A stretch of DNA of 64,000 nt from Candidatus Binataceae bacterium (GTDB lineage: Bacteria > Desulfobacterota > Binatia > Binatales > Binataceae): the NCBI GenBank assembly GCA_050736715.1, contig JBOHWK010000169.1:73-64072 (forward strand), in the 5' to 3' direction. Position numbers and translations under genes: made by a program. Positions 37,259 through 47,109 of this stretch are shown one piece after another. Positions within the stretch are counted from its first letter, which is position 1, and each line of letters starts with the position of its first letter. The notes beneath the pieces are model-generated. The model was not told where the DNA came from. It saw only the letters and a list, made by a program, of their open reading frames with translations, and ran no database searches.

Positions 37259-37908
37259 TGGAACGCGGAATCTTCATCACGCTCGAAGGCGTCGAGGGGT
37301 CCGGCAAGACCACGCAGGCCGCGATCCTGGGCGATGCGCTCCGCAAGGGCGCCCGTCGCAGCGTGATCGTCACGCATGAGCCGGGGGGCACGCGCGCGGG
37401 CGAGGCGATCCGTGCGATCTTCCTCGATCCGGCGATCGCGCTCGCGGTCGAGGCGGAGTTGATGCTGGTGCTGGCGGACCGCGCGCAGCACATCCGCGAA
37501 AAGTTAAAGCCCGCCCTCGATGCCGGCGATATTGTAATTTCGGATCGCTACTCCGATTCGACCACGGCGTATCAAGGTTACGGGCGCGGCTTCGATCTGA
37601 AATTGCTCGCCGAACTTAACCGCCTCGCCAGCGGCGGAATCATGTCCGACTTGACGATCGTGCTCGATCTCCCTGCCGAAGCGGGCCTCGCTCGGACGGT
37701 CGCCCGCGCGCGCGGGACTGGGCGCGGTGCGGATCGCTTCGAGGGCGAGCGCGCGGAGTTTCATCGCCAGGTCCGCGACGGATTCCTTGCGATCGCGAAG
37801 GCGGACCCCTCGCGGGTCACGGTGATTGACGCGAGCCGCCCGATCGAAACGGTCGCCGCCGGCATCCGCGATGTGGTGGACGAATTGATCGAGAAGCAAT
37901 GCCGTTAA
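37258..37908 (+). CDS. tmk: thymidylate kinase
   Basis: FITLEGVEGSGKTT P-loop, DRYSDSTTAYQGYG; start overlaps the pilD stop (TGATG). Confidence 0.9.
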   Translation: MERGIFITLEGVEGSGKTTQAAILGDALRKGARRSVIVTHEPGGTRAGEAIRAIFLDPAIALAVEAELMLVLADRAQHIREKLKPALDAGDIVISDRYSDSTTAYQGYGRGFDLKLLAELNRLASGGIMSDLTIVLDLPAEAGLARTVARARGTGRGADRFEGERAEFHRQVRDGFLAIAKADPSRVTVIDASRPIETVAAGIRDVVDELIEKQCR

Positions 37909-39005
37909 ACGGGGTTAGAGGCCATCGCGAGCTTGCGCTTCGCCTAATCGAAGAGCTGGGGCGGCGGCCCTCGCATGCGTACCTGTTCTCCGGGCCGCGC
38001 GGAACGGGAAAGGCGCTCGTGGCGGCGGGGATCGTCCATTCGATTCTCTGCGAGCGGTCGCCGGGGGAGAATTTCTGCTGCACGCCGGAGCATTGTCCGG
38101 TGCGAATCGCACCCGCCGTGGAACGCATCCGCGCGCGCGCGAACGAGAACGCTCCGCCGCGATGCGATTGTTGCGCCGCGTGCGTGCAGGCGGCCGCGGG
38201 CGCGCATCCCGATTTCAGTCATCTCGCCAAGGCCGCGGGCCGCACCGACGTGCTGATCGAGCAGGTGCGCGAGTTGATCGCGCAATTGGGCCGGCGTCCC
38301 GCGCGCGCTCCGATGCGGCTAGCGATTATCGACGACGCCGAAACGCTGAATATCCCGGCGCAGAACGCGCTCCTCAAAACACTCGAGGAGCCGCCCGGCC
38401 ATGCGATTATCTTTATGATCTCCGCGAGCGAGCGCGCGCTGCTGGATACCGTCCGCTCGCGGATGCGCCCGGTGCGGTTCGGCGCGCTGTCCACGGCTGA
38501 CTTGGAGGCGATCCTCGCCGCGCGCGGCGTGGCCGATCCCGTCCGCGCGGGCGCAATCGCCCGGCTCGCCCGCGGCAGCGCCGCGCGCGCGATCGCGCTG
38601 ATCGGCGGCGGCGAGCCGCCGATGGCGGAGTTGATTGCCGCGCTGGCGGACGCGAAATCGATCGACTTCGCCCGCGCCAGCGCGATCGCGCAGGAATTTT
38701 TCGCGACGCGGGACGCGGCGGCGGCAAATTTCGAGTTGCTCGCGCGTGTGCTTGAGGAGATAGTATGTTACAAGCTTATCGGCACCGGCCTCGCCGCGGC
38801 GCCGCCTCGCACCGAAAAGGCGATGGCTGCGATTGCGAGCCGCGCCGATGCGCCCGCGATTGCGGAATGCGCCGCGGCGGCGGTCAGCGCGATCGAGGCG
38901 GTCGAGGCGATGGCGAATCCGCGCTTGCAGGCCGAAAAGTTTTGGACGATCGCGGGGCGCACCTTGGGGAAGGCTAATGGTGGAACAGCAAATCGATCCG
39001 TTTGA
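37899..39005 (+). CDS. holB: DNA polymerase III subunit delta'
   Basis: HAYLFSGPRGTGKALVA AAA+ P-loop-like motif, zinc module CCTPEHCPVRIA...CDCCAAC, SRC-like TVRSR; canonical tmk-holB synteny. Confidence 0.85.
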   Translation: MPLNGVRGHRELALRLIEELGRRPSHAYLFSGPRGTGKALVAAGIVHSILCERSPGENFCCTPEHCPVRIAPAVERIRARANENAPPRCDCCAACVQAAAGAHPDFSHLAKAAGRTDVLIEQVRELIAQLGRRPARAPMRLAIIDDAETLNIPAQNALLKTLEEPPGHAIIFMISASERALLDTVRSRMRPVRFGALSTADLEAILAARGVADPVRAGAIARLARGSAARAIALIGGGEPPMAELIAALADAKSIDFARASAIAQEFFATRDAAAANFELLARVLEEIVCYKLIGTGLAAAPPRTEKAMAAIASRADAPAIAECAAAAVSAIEAVEAMANPRLQAEKFWTIAGRTLGKANGGTANRSV

Positions 39006-39879
39006 AGGCGCTCCGGCGCCGCCGGCGATCGTCGCGGTCAGCCTTCAGAACTGCGGCCATCTCTACAACTATTTGGCCGGCGGAGTGGCGCTAAAGCGCG
39101 GCGACCGCGTGGTCGTCGAAGGCGACGCGGGCGCCAGAATCGGCACCGTCGAGATCGAGCCGCACGAACCGGCCCGGACACTCGATCTGTCGTCGATGCG
39201 GAAAATTGTCCGGCTTGCCGCCGACCGCGATTTCGACGCCGAGCGGGAGAGCCTCTCGCGGGAGGCCTCCGCGCGCCGTATGTGCGTCGAGCGCATCCGC
39301 GAACGGCGGCTCGCGATGAAGCTGGTGAGCGTCAATTACACGCTCGACGGCCGCAAGGCGGTCTTCTATTTCGCGGCCGAGGGGCGGGTCGATTTTCGCG
39401 ATTTGGTGCGAGATCTGGCCAACACGCTGCGCGTGCGCGTCGAGATGAAGCAGATCGGCGCGCGCGACGAGTCCAAGGTTACCGGCGGCGTCGGGCCGTG
39501 CGGGCGCGAATTGTGCTGCTCGTCGTGGCTGCGCGATTTCGAGGCGATCACCGTCAAAATGGCGCGCGAGCAGGGCTTGGCGCTCAATCCTTCGCGGCTC
39601 GCCGGAATGTGCGGACGGCTCAAATGCTGCCTGCGCTACGAGTACGCCACCTACTCCGAACTCAAGCGCGCGCTCCCCAACCTCGGCAAGCGGGTGCAAT
39701 GCGTGCTCGGCGACGGCAAGGTGGTCCGCCAGAATATCCTGAAGCAGACGGTGCTGATTCAGCGCGAGGAGGACGGCGGCGTGGTCGAGGCGACCCTCGC
39801 CGATTTGGTTGCGAATCGCGGCCCGCAGTCCGCACCGCCGCAATCCCAGCCGCCGCCCCATTCCGAGCCGCATCAATAG
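38977..39879 (+). CDS. PSP1 C-terminal domain protein (RicT/YaaT homologue)
   Basis: ATG 38977 after GGGGAAGG; GVGPCGRELCCSSWLRDF and CGRLKCCLRYE Cys motifs of the PSP1 domain; conserved position after holB. Confidence 0.8.
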   Translation: MVEQQIDPFEGAPAPPAIVAVSLQNCGHLYNYLAGGVALKRGDRVVVEGDAGARIGTVEIEPHEPARTLDLSSMRKIVRLAADRDFDAERESLSREASARRMCVERIRERRLAMKLVSVNYTLDGRKAVFYFAAEGRVDFRDLVRDLANTLRVRVEMKQIGARDESKVTGGVGPCGRELCCSSWLRDFEAITVKMAREQGLALNPSRLAGMCGRLKCCLRYEYATYSELKRALPNLGKRVQCVLGDGKVVRQNILKQTVLIQREEDGGVVEATLADLVANRGPQSAPPQSQPPPHSEPHQ

Positions 39880-39886
39880 CGGCGCG

Positions 39887-40513
39887 ATGCTCGACTCGAT
39901 TTTGGGCGCCAATCCCGAGGTCCGCCGCGTCCAATCGCAGGCGGCGCGCGCGATTTTCCGGCTGGGAATCGGCGCCAATATTGCCACGATTGCGGGAGTA
40001 ACCATTGGCGTGGCGGCGGGAATCGCCTTCGGGCGCGGAAATGTGATTTGGGGAATCGCGCTGCTCTTGCTGAGCGCCGCGCTCGACGCAATCGACGGCA
40101 CGATCGCCCGCGAATGCGCCGCGCCAAGCGCGCTCGGCGGCGTGCTCGATTTGTGCGGCGACCGAATCGTCGAGGCGGCCGTAATCGTCGGAATCGTGTG
40201 GCATGAACCGGCGCTCTATTTTCCGGCGCTCGTTCTAGTCGGCAGTTGGTACGTGAACATTACCGTGTTCCTCGTGGTGGGCGCGGCGCTCGAACAGCGC
40301 GGGCCGAAGCTTATCGAGTATCCGCCGGGAATGCTCGAACGCACCGAGGCGATTATCTTTTTTATCGTGCTTGCGATCGCCGCCGCGATGCCGATCCCGC
40401 GAGAAATCGCCGCGCTGCTGTGCTACGCGATGACAATTTTGGAGATCGTCACTGGCGCGCAACGCCTAATCTTCGGAATCCGGGAGCTTCGAGCCTTCGC
40501 CCCGAACGGTTAG
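39887..40513 (+). CDS. CDP-alcohol phosphatidyltransferase-family membrane protein
   Basis: DAIDGTIARECAAPSALGGVLDLCGD matches D-x2-DG-x2-AR...G-x3-D-x3-D; polytopic membrane protein. Confidence 0.75.
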   Translation: MLDSILGANPEVRRVQSQAARAIFRLGIGANIATIAGVTIGVAAGIAFGRGNVIWGIALLLLSAALDAIDGTIARECAAPSALGGVLDLCGDRIVEAAVIVGIVWHEPALYFPALVLVGSWYVNITVFLVVGAALEQRGPKLIEYPPGMLERTEAIIFFIVLAIAAAMPIPREIAALLCYAMTILEIVTGAQRLIFGIRELRAFAPNG

Positions 40514-41616
40514 CCGGCGCGTTCGAATAGCTTCATTAGAACATCGGCTGGGGCGGGCGGCCGCGACGCGGCCGCGAGCGCCTCGCGCACATGCACGGGC
40601 GATTTCATTCCCACGAGCGCGGCGCTGACGCCCGGCGAGGAACGCACGAACTGAATCGCGCGCTGCGCGTCCGTATCGAATTCCGCGAATGTTTCCGCAA
40701 CAATCGGCGGCAATCGGCGCGACAACTGGCCCTGCAAGAGCGACGCACTCGCGCACACCGCGATTTCCTGCGCTTGCGCCGCCGCAAGCAGCGCCGTCTT
40801 TTTGCCGTTTACGGTCTGATTCGCGCGCGTCATCGCCTCCGGCATCGCAAGGTTGTACGGCAGTTGGATCGCGCGGAAACGATGCGACGGGCCGCCCACG
40901 TTGCGCGCGGCATCGATCAATTCCGCGAGCGAGAGGAATCCGCGCTCGGACGGCGCCGCGCGAAAACCATTCCACGTCGCAACGCCATAGACCCCGATCT
41001 TTCCGGCCGTAGCCGCACCCTCCAAAAACTCGAACGCCGCCGCGATTCGCGCGAGAAATTCATCGCGCGGCACGGCCTCGAGCTGCGTCTCTGGATTGTG
41101 AATGTAGTAGATGTCGATCGTTTCCAAGCCCAAATTCGCGCGCGACATTTCGAGCATCGTTTCGAGGTAGCGCGGCGTCATGCAATGGGCGCCGTCAACG
41201 AGATCGCCCGCGCGCACGATTCCGGTGCGGATGAATTTCTCCTCGAACCAGACGCGCGGATTTGCCGGCACCGCGCCGTCGAAGGCGAGGTATCCACCCT
41301 TGGTCGCCACCGCGAACTCGTCGCGTTTGATTTCGCCCGCTGCGATTAGCGCCGCAATCGCGGCGCCGGCATTCCGCTCGGAACGCTGGAAGCGGTAGTT
41401 GACGGCAGTATCGATCAGGTTGATTCCACCGCGAAGCGCCGCCGTGATCGCCTCCGTGTAGGCGCGATCGGTTTCCTCGTCCGGCTCGCCCAAATAGGTG
41501 CCGATTCCGATCGATGAGAGCGGCAGCCCGAGCGCGGGCCGGAAATGCCCCGGCAGTTTCGGGAATCGTTTGGCGAATGCGGCGGTGGCTTCCGCGGTGG
41601 CGCGTCCCTCGATCAT
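40510..41616 (-). CDS. aldo/keto reductase-family oxidoreductase
   Basis: 368 aa; IDTAVNYRFQRSERNAGAAIA and overall AKR (beta/alpha)8 barrel motifs. Confidence 0.85.
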   Translation of the reverse strand: MIEGRATAEATAAFAKRFPKLPGHFRPALGLPLSSIGIGTYLGEPDEETDRAYTEAITAALRGGINLIDTAVNYRFQRSERNAGAAIAALIAAGEIKRDEFAVATKGGYLAFDGAVPANPRVWFEEKFIRTGIVRAGDLVDGAHCMTPRYLETMLEMSRANLGLETIDIYYIHNPETQLEAVPRDEFLARIAAAFEFLEGAATAGKIGVYGVATWNGFRAAPSERGFLSLAELIDAARNVGGPSHRFRAIQLPYNLAMPEAMTRANQTVNGKKTALLAAAQAQEIAVCASASLLQGQLSRRLPPIVAETFAEFDTDAQRAIQFVRSSPGVSAALVGMKSPVHVREALAAASRPPAPADVLMKLFERAG

Positions 41617-41642
41617 TCAATCCTCCGGCGCGCGCGGCGCGT

Positions 41643-42037
41643 TCAGGGTGCGGAACCGTCCGGCTTGGCAAACTTGAGCGGGCCGATCTCCGGCTCGTAG
41701 AGCGCCTGAATCACGGTGCCGTCCGGATCGCGGATATAGAACGACACCGCGCCGTCGCGATGATGCTTCAGGGGATGGACGATGTCGAGGCCGTTCTTCT
41801 TCGCCCATTCGTAGGCCGCTTCGATGCCGGCGATCGTTGGCACGATAAACCCGATATGGTCGAGCCGCTGATTATCCGGCGCGCCGCCGCCGCCGCGATG
41901 CAACGCGAGATTGTCGCATCCCGAACTCAGGTAGGCGTTGTCCGGGTCGGGTTGCCATACGACCTTCATCCCGAAGACGCGGCAGTAAAATTCCTTGGCG
42001 CGCTCGACATCGGCGACCTTCAGGGCGATATGCCGCA
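41643..42037 (-). CDS. VOC-family (glyoxalase/bleomycin-resistance fold) protein
   Basis: Start chosen at MRHIALKVADVERAKEFY (typical VOC N-terminus); HIGFIVP...DPDGTVIQ second module; the upstream extension in the track is unsupported. Confidence 0.7.
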
Positions 42038-42365
42038 TTCCGCGATTCTCGATCAATTTGCGCCTCCGCTCATTGGCCATCTTCTCAGACGCGGCGCGAT
42101 TCATAAAGCCGCCCGCGCCGTTACGCAGTAAAATGACGCATCAGCGGCGTGATCGGTCCAGATCAAAAAAGCTGGTCAATCCCGGCGCGAAGGCGGTGAA
42201 ATCGCTGCCGTGGCGAGCGTTCGATGATGTAATTTTCTCTTTGATTTCAGCTACTTGAGGTGATTTTGCAGAAAATTTCGGAAGGGCGTTGACATGGTTC
42301 GGACCCGCCGTCTAAAGTAAAACGGTTTTACAATCCGCGCCCTCAATGCCTTTGCGGCGCGGAAC

Positions 42366-43169
42366 GTGAATGCTGCGGAAACTTCAATGGTCAGGCGCGA
42401 CAAAACCAACTATGTGATTCAATCGGTTGCCCATGCGTTCGACGTGATGGAACAATTTTTCGGCGATGCGGACGAGTTGGGCGTGACCGAACTTTCCAAG
42501 CGGCTCAAGCTGCATAAGAACAACGTCTTCCGCCTGCTCGCGACGCTGGAGGCGCGCGGCTATATCGAGCAGAACCGATCGAGCGAAAATTACCGGCTCG
42601 GCATCAAATGCCTTCAACTTGGCCGCCGCTACATCCATCACATGGGACTGGTGCGGCAGGCGCGGCCGATTCTCGCGGACCTGGCGCGCAAATGCCGCGA
42701 GAGCGCCTACGTCGCGATTGCGCGGAAGGAGGGCGTGGTGCCGCTGGAAGTGGCCGAGGCCGAGGACCGCGCCGTGCGCATCACGCCCCCGCTCGGGATC
42801 GCGCTGCCGGCGCATTGCACCGCGGCGGGCAAGGCGCATCTGGCGTTCGAGGCGGAGGAGCATTTGCGGCCGTCGCTGCCCGAATCGCTCAAGCGTTACA
42901 CCGATCGCACGATAACCGATCGCGCCGCGTTGCTCGCCCAGCTCGAAGCGGCGGTGCGCGACGGCTATGCGGCCGACTCGGGCGAATTTACGGAGGAGGT
43001 CGCGTCGGTCGCGGTTCCGATTCGCGACTACACGCGCTCGGTCGTGGGATCGCTGGCGGTGGCGGGTCCGGCCTATCGAATCGGTCCCGAGCGGATTACG
43101 TCGGAGATCGCGCCGGCGCTGCTCGAAGCCGGCCGCGATTTGTCCCATCGCCTCGGCTTCAACGAGTAA
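42366..43169 (+). CDS. IclR-family transcriptional regulator
   Basis: N-terminal HTH (LGVTELSKRLKLHKNNVFRLLATLEARGYIEQ) plus C-terminal IclR effector domain; TTGACA-N17 promoter-like element at 42289 upstream. Confidence 0.9.
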   Translation: MNAAETSMVRRDKTNYVIQSVAHAFDVMEQFFGDADELGVTELSKRLKLHKNNVFRLLATLEARGYIEQNRSSENYRLGIKCLQLGRRYIHHMGLVRQARPILADLARKCRESAYVAIARKEGVVPLEVAEAEDRAVRITPPLGIALPAHCTAAGKAHLAFEAEEHLRPSLPESLKRYTDRTITDRAALLAQLEAAVRDGYAADSGEFTEEVASVAVPIRDYTRSVVGSLAVAGPAYRIGPERITSEIAPALLEAGRDLSHRLGFNE

Positions 43170-43256
43170 GGCGGGGCCGGTCCGCCGGGAGAATTGTCTT
43201 GACCAGCCGCTTTCGCCGTTGTTTGATAACTGTTGTTAATAGATAGGAGAATCGCC

Positions 43257-43523
43257 ATGCCTGCGAGCGTCGCGCTTAGCCCTCATTTCAAAGCCTTTAT
43301 CCGGAAGCAACTGAAATCCGGACGCTACAGCAACGCAAGCGCGGTGGTGCGCGCCGGGTTGCGGATGCTCGAAGATGAGCAGACGCGCGTCCGGCTTCAG
43401 CAAGAGGAATTGGGCGCCGCGATTGCGGCGGGCCTCACGAGCGGACCCGGAAAATCCGCTGCGGCCGTGTTCGATCGGCTGGAAGCCAAGTACCGCAAGC
43501 GGGCCGGCAAACGCGCCGCATAA
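43257..43523 (+). CDS. parD: ParD-family antitoxin (CC2985-type)
   Basis: AGGAGA RBS; MPASVALSPHFKAFIRKQLKSGRYSNASAVVRAGLRMLEDE matches the ParD RHH antitoxin family. Confidence 0.8.
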   Translation: MPASVALSPHFKAFIRKQLKSGRYSNASAVVRAGLRMLEDEQTRVRLQQEELGAAIAAGLTSGPGKSAAAVFDRLEAKYRKRAGKRAA

Positions 43524-43822
43524 TGCGCATTGAGATTTCCCCGCGCGCCGAGCAGGACTTGGAAACGATCGGCGACTATATTGCCGCCGGCAACCCGGTG
43601 CGCGCGCTGAGCTTCGTCGCGGAATTGCGCGCCCTCTGCGCCAAAATTGCCAAGTCGCCGCGGGCCTACCGCGCCAGGCCGGAACTGGGCGAGGGCGTCC
43701 GCTCCTGCGCGCACGGCAACTACGCGATCTTTTTCACGACCGCGAAGGCGCGGCTGCGCATCGTGCGCGTCCTGCATGGCGCAAGGGACATTGCGGCGCA
43801 ATTCAGCGGCCAGAAGGAATAA
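43523..43822 (+). CDS. parE: ParE/RelE-family toxin
   Basis: ATG overlaps the parD stop (TAATG); MRIEISPRAEQDLETIGDYIA...GNYAIFF...RIVRVLHGARD typical ParE. Confidence 0.8.
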   Translation: MRIEISPRAEQDLETIGDYIAAGNPVRALSFVAELRALCAKIAKSPRAYRARPELGEGVRSCAHGNYAIFFTTAKARLRIVRVLHGARDIAAQFSGQKE

Positions 43823-44066
43823 TTGCGCCCACGGAAGCCAATCGGTGTTTTGAAATTCGGTTTCTAGCGGCGGGCCAAAGGATCGGGCAAGCCGCGTTTG
43901 CATTGCCGCGTTCTTCGCATGACATGGGTGCGGGGGCCGATGCCCGCCGTTTGACTGCATGGGGGGACCGCTGTTAGTTAAGATTCCCTTGAAATAACGA
44001 TCCCCGGCCACTCGCGGCCGGTTTCGGATTCAGTTCGCCGCTCCGGCGGCATTGCGGAGTAAAATC

Positions 44067-44819
44067 ATGGTGAAGATTCTGGTTCCAATCAAACGCGTGC
44101 CCGATCCCGGCACCACGATTCGCGTGCTCCCCGACGGCTCCGGCATCGCCACCGACAACGTGAAATGGGTCATCAATCCGTTCTGCGAAATCAGCGTGGA
44201 AGAGGCCCTGCGGATCAAGGAAAAACAGGGCGCCGGCGAGGTCGTTCTCCTGAGCATCGGGCAGTCCGCATGGCAGGAGCAGTTGCGCACGGGGCTGGCA
44301 ATGGGCGCCGACCGGGCGATTCTGGTCACGACAGCTACGGCGCTCGATCCGCTCGCAATCGCGCGAATTATCGCCAAGATCGCCGCCGACGAAAAGCCCG
44401 ACCTCATCGTCATGGGCAAGCAGGCGATCGACGACGATTCCAATCAGACCGGACAGATGGTGGCGGAACTGCTCGGATGGCCGCAGGCGGCGTTCGCCTC
44501 CAAGGTCGAGATTGGTGCGGACAAAACCACGGTGACGCGGGAGGCTGATGGCGGCCTCGAGACGATCGCATTCAAATTGCCCGCCGTGATTACGACCGAT
44601 TTGCGCCTGAACGAGCCGCGCTACGCTTCGCTGCCCGGAATAATGAAGGCGCGCAAGAAGGAGCTTAAGGAGATCGCCGCTGACAGCCTCGGCGTCGATC
44701 TGGCGCCCAAGCTCAAGGTCAAATCGCTCGCGGCGCCTCCCAAGCGGCAGGCGGGCAAGAAGCTCGGTTCGGTCGCGGAATTGGTGGCCGCGCTTCATAG
44801 TGAAGCGAAGGTAATTTGA
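44067..44819 (+). CDS. etfB: electron transfer flavoprotein subunit beta
   Basis: MVKILVPIKRVPD...NPFCEISVEEALR canonical EtfB N-terminus; GGAG RBS. Confidence 0.9.
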   Translation: MVKILVPIKRVPDPGTTIRVLPDGSGIATDNVKWVINPFCEISVEEALRIKEKQGAGEVVLLSIGQSAWQEQLRTGLAMGADRAILVTTATALDPLAIARIIAKIAADEKPDLIVMGKQAIDDDSNQTGQMVAELLGWPQAAFASKVEIGADKTTVTREADGGLETIAFKLPAVITTDLRLNEPRYASLPGIMKARKKELKEIAADSLGVDLAPKLKVKSLAAPPKRQAGKKLGSVAELVAALHSEAKVI

Positions 44820-44951
44820 GGGGACAAATATAGACCAACCCCCTGTCCCCCTTCTCCTTTAGGGAAGGGGGAACGCAACGCAATCTTCGCTGGCTGGTTC
44901 CCCTCTCCTAAAGGGAGCGTGGTTAGGGGTGAGGTAAAAGGAAAGATTTTT

Positions 44952-45926
44952 ATGGGTGACGTAATCGTTTTCGCGGAACATCAGGGGGGGCATTTCCCCA
45001 AGACCACGCTGGTTGCCGTCGAGGCTGGGATGGAACTGGCGAAGAAGCGGGGCGGCAAGGCGATAGTCGCGGTCCTCGGCGACGCGCCGGAGGCGGCGGC
45101 GGGCGAGATTGCGAAATACGGCGGAAGCAAAGTGGTCGCGCTGGCGCATCCCGCGCTTAAGAATTATCTCGCCGACGCCTACGCGCAGGCATTGGCCGCG
45201 CTGGTAAAGAAGGAAGGCGCCGAGTTCGCGCTGGCCACGGCGACGGCCGCCGGCAAAGACCTGTTTCCTCGCATCGCCGCGCGGCTTAACGCGCCGATGG
45301 CGTCGGAAATCACGGCGATCGATGACGGCGGCACGTTCGTCCGCCCGATGTACGCGGGCAACGCGATGGCGACCGTCGAGTTGGACGGCCCGATCAAGGT
45401 GCTGACGGTGCGCGGCACCGCGTTCGACGCGGCCAAGTCGGCCCCATCGCCGGCGCCGGTCGAAAAGCAGGCCGCCGAAATCGACGCCGGCGCGCTCAAG
45501 ATGGAATTCGTCTCGTTCAACGCCACCAAGAGCGATCGTCCACAGTTGACCGAGGCCCGCATCGTGGTGTCGGGCGGGCGCGGCCTCAAATCGGGGGAGA
45601 ACTTCAAGACCGTGCTGGAGCCGCTGGTCGATGAGCTGGGCGCGGCGATGGGCGCGTCGCGCGCCGCGGTGGACGCGGGCTTCGTCCCGAACGATTTACA
45701 GGTCGGACAGACCGGCAAGGTGGTCGCGCCCGAGCTATACATCGCGGTGGGAATCTCCGGCGCGATTCAGCATCTGGCCGGGATGAAGGATTCGAAGGTA
45801 ATCGTCGCGATCAACAAGGACGAGGAAGCCCCAATCTTCACCGTCGCCGACTACGGCCTGGTCGCCGATCTGTTCAAGGCGGTGCCGGAAATGGCGGAGG
45901 AAGTGAAAAAGCTCAAGCATTCATAG
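44952..45926 (+). CDS. etfA: electron transfer flavoprotein subunit alpha
   Basis: FAD-binding C-terminal domain (PELYIAVGISGAIQHLAGM, VIVAINKDEEAPIF); AAGGAAAG RBS. Confidence 0.9.
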   Translation: MGDVIVFAEHQGGHFPKTTLVAVEAGMELAKKRGGKAIVAVLGDAPEAAAGEIAKYGGSKVVALAHPALKNYLADAYAQALAALVKKEGAEFALATATAAGKDLFPRIAARLNAPMASEITAIDDGGTFVRPMYAGNAMATVELDGPIKVLTVRGTAFDAAKSAPSPAPVEKQAAEIDAGALKMEFVSFNATKSDRPQLTEARIVVSGGRGLKSGENFKTVLEPLVDELGAAMGASRAAVDAGFVPNDLQVGQTGKVVAPELYIAVGISGAIQHLAGMKDSKVIVAINKDEEAPIFTVADYGLVADLFKAVPEMAEEVKKLKHS

Positions 45927-45929
45927 GGG
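45825..45929 (+). repeat. direct repeat copy A: 3' end of etfA (functional copy)
   Basis: ~105 bp ~93% identical to 46812-46916; encodes EAPIFTVADYGLVADLFKAVPEMAEEVKKLKHS*. Confidence 0.8.
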
Positions 45930-46244
45930 CAAAAAAAATGCCTCCTTGATGCCATGCCTCTCGCCACCCCAAGATAACCGGCCAACTCGACGTTCCGAGA
46001 CAATGTCACTGTCGATCGCATTGTGCCACACAGCAAGGGCGGAAAGACGGAACTGGCAAATGGCCGGTATTGCGCAAGATCGTGTAACATCGCTCGTGGC
46101 ACGCGGGACGATTTCGATCCTTCAGTGCAATGCTGCTTGCTCAAAGAGACCAACGCGGTAGCGAGTGGCCAAGCGGAAGTGCGTCCGGATTGAAGGAATA
46201 GCGCGGATATTGGAGAGAAGGCCCTCGCTGTGTGAAATTCGCCC

Positions 46245-46505
46245 GTGCCCACCATCGCACAAATCGGCGGCATCGGGATCATGATGTTTCAGCGGGATCG
46301 CAATCCGCCGCACTTTCATGCCTTTGGCGCCGATTTTGAGGCTAAATTTTCAATTGACCCCTGCGCCGCGATGGAATCGCGGGGCGGTTTGCGGGCAAGG
46401 GATATTGTGGCGATTAGGAACTGGGCGCGGAGCCACCGGAGCGCCCTGCTTGAAAACTGGTTGCGCGCCAGGCGGGGAGAGCGGATAGTGAGAATCGAGG
46501 ACTAA
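46245..46505 (+). CDS. DUF4160-domain protein
   Basis: GTG start; MPTIAQIGGIGIMMFQRDRNPPHFHAFGADFEAKFSI matches the DUF4160 N-terminal signature (MPTI...NDH.PPHFH). Confidence 0.7.
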   Translation: MPTIAQIGGIGIMMFQRDRNPPHFHAFGADFEAKFSIDPCAAMESRGGLRARDIVAIRNWARSHRSALLENWLRARRGERIVRIED

Positions 46506-46510
46506 AGGCC

Positions 46511-46789
46511 GTGTTCGCCGTTATTCGCAAAGCCATGGCGCGTGTCGATCTGGCGGTCGAAGTTACGTGGGAGAACGGCGAAGTATCGGTTATCTCCATG
46601 CGTGAGACGGTCGGCAAAGGCGGGGTCTTTGGGCCGCTCGCCGACCCCGGACTGTTTGGCAAGGTCGCGGTAGGCGAAGCCGGCCGCTGGCTCGAATGGC
46701 CGGGCGGGGCCGATATCTGTGCCGACGACCTCTGGTACCAAGCCCATCCTGGGGCAAAGATCGAAGAACTCGAACTGGCCAGAGAATAA
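46511..46789 (+). CDS. DUF2442-domain protein
   Basis: 92 aa, 5 nt after the DUF4160 gene; the DUF4160/DUF2442 pairing is a recurrent two-gene cassette. Confidence 0.6.
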   Translation: MFAVIRKAMARVDLAVEVTWENGEVSVISMRETVGKGGVFGPLADPGLFGKVAVGEAGRWLEWPGGADICADDLWYQAHPGAKIEELELARE

Positions 46790-46811
46790 GACCCTTCGCT
46801 TGCATCGTTGC

Positions 46812-46916
46812 CGAGAGGCGCCGATCTTCACCGTCGCCGACTGCGGCCTGGTCGCCGATCTATTCAAGGCAGTCCCGGAAATGGCGGAAGAAGTGAAAAA
46901 GCTCAAGCATTCGTAG
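46812..46916 (+). repeat. direct repeat copy B: displaced duplicate of the etfA 3' end
   Basis: Encodes EAPIFTVADCGLVADLFKAVPEMAEEVKKLKHS* in frame with unrelated upstream sequence; 7 mostly synonymous mismatches versus copy A. Confidence 0.8.
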
Positions 46917-47109
46917 CGGGGCGCCGCATCGATGGAATCAATTTAGGCGCGGCATTGGCCGCGCCTTTTTCTTGGCGATATGTAAATTCGCCCGAAACCG
47001 CGGCGGAGTTTCGGCGTCTCAATAATTGAGGATAATGGGAACGCCGGAATTAGTCCGCCGCCAGCCGGAAGATTGCCGAAAAATAGCCGAATCCATCCCT
47101 AATATCTCC

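Larger units (their letters stand above)
45930..46811 (+). mobile_element. ~0.9 kb low-GC inserted cassette (integrative-island remnant without integrase) carrying a DUF4160/DUF2442 gene pair
   Basis: Flanked by duplicated etfA 3' ends; GC visibly lower than surroundings; contains two short co-oriented ORFs typical of a small addiction-like module. Confidence 0.55.

Noticed and set aside
36511-37908. 465-aa ORF spanning pilD in another frame and continuing into tmk
   Set aside because: Only the 3' part (from ATG 37258) encodes a recognisable protein (Tmk). The upstream part is an out-of-frame overlap of pilD.
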